This document shows, in pieces, positions 37,520 to 44,840 of a stretch of DNA of 64,000 nt. Position 1 is the stretch's first letter. Each line of letters opens with the position of its first letter. The translations under genes and the position numbers were made by a program. The DNA lies in contig JAGPNG010000008.1 of the NCBI GenBank assembly GCA_018052475.1, positions 11,885 to 75,884 of the forward strand, in the 5' to 3' direction. Below the pieces are notes generated by a model. That model was not told the DNA's origin, did no database searches, and worked only from the letters and a program-made list of their open reading frames with translations. The stretch comes from Candidatus Fermentithermobacillaceae bacterium (lineage in GTDB: Bacteria; Bacillota; Sulfobacillia; Fermentithermobacillales; Fermentithermobacillaceae).

Positions 37520-38866
37520 ATGAGTTCAAAGGTTACCATGAATATGACCGGACTAGATACGCAAAATATCATTGAACAGCTAATGAAAGTAGAGAGAATT
37601 CCCATAGAGAAACTGGAATTGAAAAAACAAGCAGTTGCAGAAAAAAGAGCTGCTTGGAATGCTATTAAGACCAAAGTCGATGCGGTTCTTTCAAAGATAG
37701 GGACGCTTACGAAAGAGAGCCTTTACAATACCAAAACGCCCAAGGTAAGTGACCTGAGCATTGTTTCTGCATCGGCATCTGAATCGGCCGCGGTGGGCAG
37801 ATACGACATTGAAGTGCTAACGCTTGCCCGATCCCATGTTCTTCAATCTAGGGTTTTTTCACAGGGACCTGATGTTTCACTGGGCATGTCAGGAAGCCTG
37901 ACTCTTACCCTTGATGGTTCAGATCCATTTTCAGTTGATATTGTCGAGTCAGATACTCTAAACACGGTTGCCGACAAGATAAACCAGGGTGAAATGGGAA
38001 TCAGGGCTTCTGTCTTGCAGGTTAGACCCAACGAGTACTCTCTTGTGCTTACGGGAGAATCCACTGGCAAAGAAATTGCCATAGTTGAGACTCTTGCAGA
38101 AGGCAACACATTCGATATCTCGCAAGTAGTCTCAGCATCGAATTCAAGTTTCAAGATAAACGGTGTTACGTTTGAAAGAGACTCAAACAAAGTATCCGAT
38201 GCCATTCAAGGAGTCACTCTTGATCTTTTGAAAACAGGGGAAACCTCCTTATCAGTAGCCTACAACGATGATTCAATTGTAAGCGCAGTTAAGTCATTTG
38301 CAGATGAATACAACTCCCTGATTGACCTCACTTCGCGTTACAATTTCTGGGATAATGACACTAAATCCAGCGGACTTCTTTTCGGAGATCCATTGCTCCA
38401 GAGATTGCTTTCCGAAATTCAGAGCACGTTGTTTGCATCTATCGATCTCCCGGGTTTCAAGTTTGTAGGGCAGGTTGGGATAAGCACCGGAGCAATCGGC
38501 GCTTTCTCGCGGGACGGTAAAATATCTATTGATGAGTCAAAATTGAAAGAGGCGCTTTCAACCGACAGAGAATCAGTGGCTTCTCTTTTTGTCGAGGGTA
38601 GCTCAGGCTCCAACGGCGTTTTCAAGACGCTAGAGAGCACCTTGCAGATGTACACTTCGTACAACGGTTTTTTACCGCTGAAAGATGCTCAGTTTGAGTC
38701 AGAGAACAAGGATATATCAAAGCAGATCGACAACGTCCAGAAGCGTCTGGACATGAAACTTGCGGGTCTTCAAAGGAAGTTTACTGCCCTAGAAACGTAT
38801 TTGGCCAGAATGGAAACCCAGTCAATGTGGTTATCTCAGCAAATGTTGTCTATGTTCAGCGGTTAA
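37520..38866 (+). CDS. fliD: Flagellar filament cap protein.
   Basis: N-terminal LDTQNIIEQLMKVERIPI and C-terminal FliD helix; the ATG at 37520 lies 7 nt after GGAGG. Confidence 0.85.
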   Translation: MSSKVTMNMTGLDTQNIIEQLMKVERIPIEKLELKKQAVAEKRAAWNAIKTKVDAVLSKIGTLTKESLYNTKTPKVSDLSIVSASASESAAVGRYDIEVLTLARSHVLQSRVFSQGPDVSLGMSGSLTLTLDGSDPFSVDIVESDTLNTVADKINQGEMGIRASVLQVRPNEYSLVLTGESTGKEIAIVETLAEGNTFDISQVVSASNSSFKINGVTFERDSNKVSDAIQGVTLDLLKTGETSLSVAYNDDSIVSAVKSFADEYNSLIDLTSRYNFWDNDTKSSGLLFGDPLLQRLLSEIQSTLFASIDLPGFKFVGQVGISTGAIGAFSRDGKISIDESKLKEALSTDRESVASLFVEGSSGSNGVFKTLESTLQMYTSYNGFLPLKDAQFESENKDISKQIDNVQKRLDMKLAGLQRKFTALETYLARMETQSMWLSQQMLSMFSG

Positions 38867-38897
38867 GATGAAGTAGAAGAAAGATAGGTGATAGGCT

Positions 38898-39293
38898 TTG
38901 GTGAATGTAGGGTATGTGGGAAATATAGACAAAGCGCTTGAAGTATACAGGCAGTCGAAGGTAGAGACTGCTTCACCAGCTGAACTGGTACTTATGCTGT
39001 ACGATGGTTGTCTCAAGTCCATGCGGAGGGCAATGCAATGCATAGCGGACAAAAATTACAGCGGTGCAAATGAAAGCCTCATACGTGCGCAAGATATCAT
39101 TGACGAACTGAGAGTATCCCTGGATTTCAGCACAGGTGAGATTGCAGACAGTCTTGCATCTGTGTACGATTTTGTTTATTCATCGCTCGTATCCGCAAAC
39201 CTCAAAAAAGATCCAGAGCAAGTAGAAGCCGCGATTACGATTATGACCGAAATTAGAGATGGTTGGGAAGAAGCGATTAGAAGCCATGCTTAA
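38898..39293 (+). CDS. fliS: Flagellin-specific chaperone.
   Basis: VETASPAELVLMLYDG is the FliS signature. Confidence 0.9.
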   Translation: MVNVGYVGNIDKALEVYRQSKVETASPAELVLMLYDGCLKSMRRAMQCIADKNYSGANESLIRAQDIIDELRVSLDFSTGEIADSLASVYDFVYSSLVSANLKKDPEQVEAAITIMTEIRDGWEEAIRSHA

Positions 39294-39627
39294 CATGTTC
39301 AAAGACCTTTTAGAACTGACCAAGAAAGCACTAACTTTTGCGCAGGGTGGAGACTTTTCGAGTCTTGAGTCGATAATATCGGAAAGGGAAGAGATCCTCA
39401 AACGAATAGACTCCTGTGGCAATCCTCAATTAGGAGATAAAGAATTTGAATCAATCAAAGAGATCATCGTTTCAGTAGGCGAGTTGGATAAGGAGATTGC
39501 CTCGCTTCTGCAACAAGAAATGACGAACATCAGTCACGAGATCTCGGATGTCATCACTCAATTAAGGGTCTTATCAGCTTATTCCACCGGTAACTACTCA
39601 GGGGGACGATTTGATACCGTTTTGTAG
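39259..39627 (+). CDS. FliT-like flagellar protein.
   Basis: 122-aa helical protein directly after fliS. The start may be the ATG at 39286, which overlaps the fliS stop (ATGCTTAA). Confidence 0.5.
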   Translation: MVGKKRLEAMLNMFKDLLELTKKALTFAQGGDFSSLESIISEREEILKRIDSCGNPQLGDKEFESIKEIIVSVGELDKEIASLLQQEMTNISHEISDVITQLRVLSAYSTGNYSGGRFDTVL

Positions 39628-39631
39628 AGTA

Positions 39632-39663
39632 GAAATAAAAAAGCCCCGGTTATAGACCGGGGC
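39632..39663 (-). terminator. Intrinsic terminator for cspA; the hairpin is shared with the end of the fliS-fliT unit.
   Basis: GCCCCGGT (39643-39650) / ACCGGGGC (39656-39663) 8-bp stem with a 5-nt loop. On the - strand it is followed by TTTTTATTT, which is the complement of 39632-39641. Confidence 0.8.
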
Positions 39664-39676
39664 GAGTTGGCTTTGC

Positions 39677-39880
39677 TTACTCAGAAATTCTAGTCACTTC
39701 TGCAGCTTGCAGGCCTTTGGGGCCTTCTACGATTTCGAATTCTACAAGATCGCCTTCGTTAAGCGTACGAAACCCGTCAGATTTGATTGCCGAATAGTGT
39801 ACGAATACGTCTGGACCGTCATCACGTTGAATGAAACCGAAGCCTTTTTGCGCGTTAAACCATTTTACTGTACCTTGCAT
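39677..39880 (-). CDS. cspA: Cold-shock protein (CspA family).
   Basis: [17 protein letters not shown] (RNP1) and VFVHYSAI (RNP2); 67 aa. Confidence 0.95.
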   Translation of the reverse strand: MQGTVKWFNAQKGFGFIQRDDGPDVFVHYSAIKSDGFRTLNEGDLVEFEIVEGPKGLQAAEVTRISE

Positions 39881-39954
39881 TGTGGGACATTCCTCCTAAT
39901 TCCCGACGCTGGGCCCCAACCCAACATCTTTTGGAGCTTTTAGCTCGTGTTGCG

Positions 39955-39983
39955 AATATAGCACGATAAGAAGAAAGAGTCAA
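39955..39983 (-). promoter_or_regulatory. Sigma-A-type promoter for cspA.
   Basis: On the - strand: TTGACT (complement of 39978-39983), then a 17-nt spacer, then TATATT (complement of 39955-39960). An A/T-rich UP-like tract lies upstream. Confidence 0.55.
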
Positions 39984-40287
39984 CAAGTATTTTTGATTTT
40001 GTAGTGAACGGTGGGCGAAAACTGCATAATGATATCTGGGGATAGTGTGGATAATTGTGTTGATAACCACTTAGATGCTATCTTCCATTGTGCACAGTTA
40101 TGTGGATTGCAGGTTCACACATGTATGGGTTTAGCGTATTATTGAATTGAGATTGAAGCGTCGTGTAAAGCCATATGAAAGGTATATGGAACGGACCCGG
40201 AGAATTTATTGTATAGTAACAACAGTTCTTTGGTTATTCGCATAATCCAAAGGCAAAAGTAACGGTTATTTCGAGGAGGCATGCCAC

Positions 40288-40803
40288 ATGGAGATCAACG
40301 TAAGAGGTAAGAACATGAATGTAAGCCCCGCACTTCGGGAATATGCAGAGAAGAAATTGTCCAAATTGGATAAGTATGTAAAGCAGGATTCTTGTTTGTG
40401 CCAGGTGATGTTTTCAACTCAGCGGGGCAGGTACGTGGTTGAAGTTACGCTACCTCTCAACGGCATGATTTTGAGGGCAGAAGAGTCGGCCCAGGACGCG
40501 TTTGCCTCAGTAGACCTGGTTGTTGAGAAACTCGAGCGGCAGCTGGACAAATATAAGACGAGGCTTCTTAAGCGCGATAAGCAAGAACCTCGGTTGTCAG
40601 AACATGAGGAAGAACCGGAAACGGGAAGGATCGTAAAAGTCAAGAGATTTGCCATGAAACCTATGATGCCTGAAGAAGCTGCGATGCAGATGGAGCTTTT
40701 GGGTCACGATTTCTTTGTTTTTTCAAACGGGGAAACCGGTTTGGTTAACGTGATCTACAGAAGAAAAGACGGCAACTTTGGTCTCATTGAGCCGGAAATA
40801 TAG
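40288..40803 (+). CDS. hpf: Ribosome hibernation-promoting factor, long form (YvyD/HPF).
   Basis: MEINVRGKNMNVSPALREYAEKKLSKLDKY is a canonical HPF N-terminus; a long linker and C-terminal dimerisation domain are present. Confidence 0.9.
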   Translation: MEINVRGKNMNVSPALREYAEKKLSKLDKYVKQDSCLCQVMFSTQRGRYVVEVTLPLNGMILRAEESAQDAFASVDLVVEKLERQLDKYKTRLLKRDKQEPRLSEHEEEPETGRIVKVKRFAMKPMMPEEAAMQMELLGHDFFVFSNGETGLVNVIYRRKDGNFGLIEPEI

Positions 40804-40809
40804 GGGCTT

Positions 40810-42000
40810 TTGGGAAACTTGTCTATGTTAAGCGGGGGAGCCAGCTTGGAACAACCTAAGGTTACCGCAGTAATGTTTGAAGGTGGTAAACCGAAAACTT
40901 CTCTAGATGCAAAGATCAAAGACATCCGGAAAGAGATTGCCCTAGATACACTGTCTAAGCTGGCATTGGCACCGGAAATTGACGAAATCATACTTGCAAC
41001 CAATTACGAAGACCTCGCGCGCGAAGCGTCAGAGTTCGCGGTAGTTGATTTAGAGCCAGATGATGGCAAGTTCCATTTTGGACGTAGATTAAGGGAGATA
41101 ATCGTCAATTACCGATTAGAAAACGTGTTGTATATGGGGGGGACAGCTGCCCCCCTTGTGTATTTGGAAGAGTTTGACCAGATTGCCCTTACGCTCAAGC
41201 AGACCCGAAATACAGTCATAATGAATAATGTCCAGTCCGCAGACCTGGTTGCCTTTACTCCTGCAAGAGCAATCGATGAGGTTGAACTACCTGAGAATGA
41301 CAACGTCCTTGGCAATTTGCTTCGCGACATTGGAATGCGGCGGCTTCTTGTGCCTAACTCGGGTAGGGTCAATTTCGATATAGATACCCCAACTGATATC
41401 CTGGTACTTGGTCTGCATCCTAACTGTGGACCGAGATCATCAAGGATCATAAGTTCTCTCGATTGGCCTACTCAGAACCTAAATGATGCCTTACGAATAC
41501 TTAGGCAAGATTCACGTGAGATAGCGGTGATAGGACGAGTGGGGCCTGCGGTCATACAATATATAAACTCCAACATGGTGCATAGAATGCGTGTGTTTTC
41601 TGAGGAGAGAGGTATGAAGGCATTGGGTCGAGAAGAAAGAGGAGAAGTTGTATCTCTATTAGGTTTTATGATAAATGAGGTCGGCCCGAAGATGTTTTTT
41701 GAGTATCTGTCTCGTGTCTGCGATCTAGCCTTCATCGATACAAGAGTGATTTTTGCTCATCTTAAGGGTCAAGTTTCCGATTGGGACAGGTTCTACTCAG
41801 ATCTAGGCCAGTACCAATTGATTGAAGATGAGTGGGTAAGGGATTTTACTAAGAGCGCGGTTGAATGCCCTGTCCCGGTTATACTTGGCGGGCACAGTCT
41901 GGTGGCTGCGGGACTGTGGATTATGGCAGAGATGGTTGCTAAGGAGAAAGAAGATTCAGGGTATCGTCATAACACTGCAATTATGGCCCCGTATATGTGA
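40810..42000 (+). CDS. Uncharacterised protein with an N-terminal MobA/CofC-like nucleotidyltransferase-fold domain.
   Basis: 396 aa; VTAVMFEGGKPKTSLD near the N-terminus and the DIDTPTDILVL motif resemble the CofC/MobA family (DxDTPEDL). The C-terminal approximately 180 aa are unrecognised. TTG start at 40810 directly after the hpf stop. Confidence 0.6.
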   Translation: MGNLSMLSGGASLEQPKVTAVMFEGGKPKTSLDAKIKDIRKEIALDTLSKLALAPEIDEIILATNYEDLAREASEFAVVDLEPDDGKFHFGRRLREIIVNYRLENVLYMGGTAAPLVYLEEFDQIALTLKQTRNTVIMNNVQSADLVAFTPARAIDEVELPENDNVLGNLLRDIGMRRLLVPNSGRVNFDIDTPTDILVLGLHPNCGPRSSRIISSLDWPTQNLNDALRILRQDSREIAVIGRVGPAVIQYINSNMVHRMRVFSEERGMKALGREERGEVVSLLGFMINEVGPKMFFEYLSRVCDLAFIDTRVIFAHLKGQVSDWDRFYSDLGQYQLIEDEWVRDFTKSAVECPVPVILGGHSLVAAGLWIMAEMVAKEKEDSGYRHNTAIMAPYM

Positions 42001-42033
42001 TCGAAGCGCTTTTCCAATTGGGAGTGCATAAAA

Positions 42034-42675
42034 ATGGGCATCAAGGATCATTCAGCCAAAGATTATGAGGACATCATCAAGAAGATAAATGACGTGTTGG
42101 ATTGTCGAGTTTCCATTGGCGAGGACAACAATGTCGACGAAATTAATGTCGTGGCGCGAACAGGTCGTTCGCCCAAATATGTAATACGCGATGTAGAATC
42201 TGCCATCTTGGCGGCATCCGGAGAAAAGATCGATAAAGGTAAGATTTCGATCGTTCAGATGACCGACACAGAATTGGCTTTTGTCGCTCGGCCGAAACTG
42301 GTCGGGATAGAGCTCATGGCAAGCGGATCATCTGCTGTTGCTAGAGTAAGACTTGCTTTGGGTGGAGTAGTTTCTCTCGGAGAAAGTGAAGGAATTGCCA
42401 CTGCGACCAGATGGAACTGGTTTTGCGCAGAAGCTACTGTAAACGCTCTTAGTCATTTCTTGAAAGAAAGTGTTAATATTTCTCTTAGAGATGTAAATGT
42501 ATACGAGTCAAGATCTCTGCGAACGGCTCTGGTTGTTCTTGGTGTTATTGAGGATGGCAGGGAACTAACCCTAACGGGTTCTTGTCCTGTTTCATATGAC
42601 GAAAGGGAAGCGGTGGTAAAGGCGACTCTTGATGCGGTTAATCGGCGGTTTCCAAGGCTTATGGCGAATGCATGA
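42034..42675 (+). CDS. Hypothetical protein, 213 aa, family unknown.
   Basis: Clean ORF with a GGGAGTG SD; internally repetitive segments rich in V, R and G; no motif I can assign. Confidence 0.6.
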   Translation: MGIKDHSAKDYEDIIKKINDVLDCRVSIGEDNNVDEINVVARTGRSPKYVIRDVESAILAASGEKIDKGKISIVQMTDTELAFVARPKLVGIELMASGSSAVARVRLALGGVVSLGESEGIATATRWNWFCAEATVNALSHFLKESVNISLRDVNVYESRSLRTALVVLGVIEDGRELTLTGSCPVSYDEREAVVKATLDAVNRRFPRLMANA

Positions 42676-42935
42676 GATCAGACGGATTTGCACTACTTAA
42701 TAGAAGGACTAATCGAAACAGTCGTTGAACAAATTACTATGCCGACAGCCCGGCAACTTTCATCAGCGGAGCTAAATGAATCTGATCTAGCGATTCAGAT
42801 TCAGCCAGTTGACGGGGGGTTTTTAGGTGAATAAGAAGGTTCTCAGGGTGATTTTCGCCATCCTCACGCTCCTTTTGGCTGGAGCGGCGAACTTTCAAGT
42901 AGGTTAGAGTTTCTGCCGGGGCTGTCGGCCTGGTC

Positions 42936-44201
42936 ATGAGGTGTCTACCGTTGAATAAGAGTCTCAAGTCCTTTGATGTGTATTTATGGGGCATAATATG
43001 CCTTGGCATTGCGTTGCTCTGTATGAACATTCCTTCATTCGAGGGTTGGGCTCACTTTCTAGAAGTATGTTTTTTGGGAGCGCTCATAGCTTTTGGCGAA
43101 ACTCTGGCAATTCCTTTCCCAAAGGGGAAAGGTACCGCTTCTGTCGCTGCCCCTCTCATTTTCACGGTTATCGTTCTGCATGGGCCTGCCATAGGCATGT
43201 GGGTGGCAGCGTTGTTTACTTTGCGCAGACGAGACTTAGCAGGGCAGGTTCCTCTCAAGCTAGTTTTATTCAACAGGGGAATGTTAAGCATATGCGCCTA
43301 TGTTTTCTCCGTGGTGTATGCTTTTCTGGGGGGCGAATTTGGATTTTTGGAATTTCCTTCAGGACTTCTGGCTTTTGTATTGGCGGCGCTAGGTTACACG
43401 ATGCTCAATGCCGTCATGACCGGAGAATTTGTGTCCCTTCAAACCGGACTACCTTTTCTAACCATTTGGCGCCAGAACATAGTGTGGATGCTGCCTAATA
43501 TGTTCGCTTTGTTTCCTCTCGGCGCCCTTATGGTTGTTGTAACCAAACAAGCTGGGCCCCTTGTGCTTCTGCTGTTTTATCTGCCTCTAGTCGTGACTAA
43601 GATGTCCCTTCAGAAATATGTGGATCTAAAAGATACCTATGGCGAAATGGCTGAGGCTTTGGGTACGGCTGTAGATGCGAGAGATCCTTATACCCAGGGC
43701 CATTCCATAAGGGTGTCCGAATACTCTGGGTTACTGGGAAAAGAAATGGGACTTGACGACGAAGAGGTGGACTTACTGAAATACGTTGCCCTTTTGCATG
43801 ATGTGGGCAAAGTAGGAATACCTGACAGCATATTAAAGAAAACAGATTATTTTACATACGAAGAATATGAAGAAATGAAAAAGCATGTTGATATAGGGGC
43901 AGACGTTATTGCGGCGATGAAGATACTGGGTAAGGGTGCGGAGTGGGTAAGATACCACCATGAAAGATGGGATGGTACAGGTTTCCCGAGAGGATTACGT
44001 GGCGAAGAGATACCTCTAGAGGCGCGAATTATTGCCTGCGCAGACGCTTTTGATGCTATGACAACAGATCGGCCGTACAAAGAAAGGATGGACTATGAAG
44101 AGGCTAGAGAAGAGATTATAAGGTGCAGTGGAACTCAGTTTGATCCCAAAGTGGTAGAAGCTATGCTAAAAGTAATTGATGAGAAGATTCTAAGGAAGTG
44201 A
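42936..44201 (+). CDS. Membrane-anchored HD-GYP domain phosphodiesterase (cyclic-di-GMP-type).
   Basis: N-terminal approximately 200 aa hold multiple hydrophobic helices. The C-terminus has LLHDVGKVGIP (HD) and HHERWDGTGFP, a GYP motif with Tyr replaced by Phe. Confidence 0.8.
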   Translation: MRCLPLNKSLKSFDVYLWGIICLGIALLCMNIPSFEGWAHFLEVCFLGALIAFGETLAIPFPKGKGTASVAAPLIFTVIVLHGPAIGMWVAALFTLRRRDLAGQVPLKLVLFNRGMLSICAYVFSVVYAFLGGEFGFLEFPSGLLAFVLAALGYTMLNAVMTGEFVSLQTGLPFLTIWRQNIVWMLPNMFALFPLGALMVVVTKQAGPLVLLLFYLPLVVTKMSLQKYVDLKDTYGEMAEALGTAVDARDPYTQGHSIRVSEYSGLLGKEMGLDDEEVDLLKYVALLHDVGKVGIPDSILKKTDYFTYEEYEEMKKHVDIGADVIAAMKILGKGAEWVRYHHERWDGTGFPRGLRGEEIPLEARIIACADAFDAMTTDRPYKERMDYEEAREEIIRCSGTQFDPKVVEAMLKVIDEKILRK

Positions 44202-44205
44202 TCCG

Positions 44206-44790
44206 TTGTTCCTAACCGTAATGGTCGTTTCCCTGGTTGTTGGGCTAGTTTCGGGAGGCAAGATTTCTCGACTTGCAGATGTAGACCTTGATAGAGTGGT
44301 GTGGATTGCGGGTTCATTCTTGGTGAAAATCGCATCGATCAAGTTGCTAAGCGGTAGATTTGAGCCATATCCGCAGGTTTGCCTCGCTTTAAGTTTCGGT
44401 ACTTACCTGATGCTGTTTTACGGCCTTTATCCGAATCTAAAATTGCCTGGTTTTAGGGCGCTTGCGTTCGGAGTATTTTTGAATTTCCTGGTCATAATGG
44501 CCAATGGAGGCAGAATGCCTGTCGATTTGTCTCCTTTGGGTCCCGATGTCTTGGGTAGCCAAATATCAGTGCTATCTTCCAGTTTTACTCACTGCATGTT
44601 AGGGGACAACACAAGGCTTACCTTTCTTGCAGATATATTCTCTTGGAAGTTTCTTTCCAAAGCACCCACCACGTTTAGTCTAGGCGACATATTCATGGCG
44701 GCGGGAATCTTTTTGTTCATAATGAACGCAATGCACGCAAGTTTTTCGCAGAGGCATAAGAATGGTAGAATTAAAGGCAGTGATATATAG
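44206..44790 (+). CDS. Small polytopic membrane protein of unknown function (possibly a DUF5317-like type often found beside c-di-GMP genes).
   Basis: 194 aa with about 5-6 hydrophobic helices; begins 5 nt after the HD-GYP gene stop. Confidence 0.55.
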   Translation: MFLTVMVVSLVVGLVSGGKISRLADVDLDRVVWIAGSFLVKIASIKLLSGRFEPYPQVCLALSFGTYLMLFYGLYPNLKLPGFRALAFGVFLNFLVIMANGGRMPVDLSPLGPDVLGSQISVLSSSFTHCMLGDNTRLTFLADIFSWKFLSKAPTTFSLGDIFMAAGIFLFIMNAMHASFSQRHKNGRIKGSDI

Positions 44791-44840
44791 GCAAAACTGT
44801 CTTATTGTTTGTGAGTTTGCACTCAGAAAAGGAGATATGC

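Noticed and set aside
40150-40190. Sigma-B-like promoter upstream of hpf: GTGTAA, then about 11-12 nt, then (A)GGTAT.
   Set aside because: The spacer is shorter than the sigma-B consensus of 13-15 nt, and both elements are imperfect. It was not reported as a feature.
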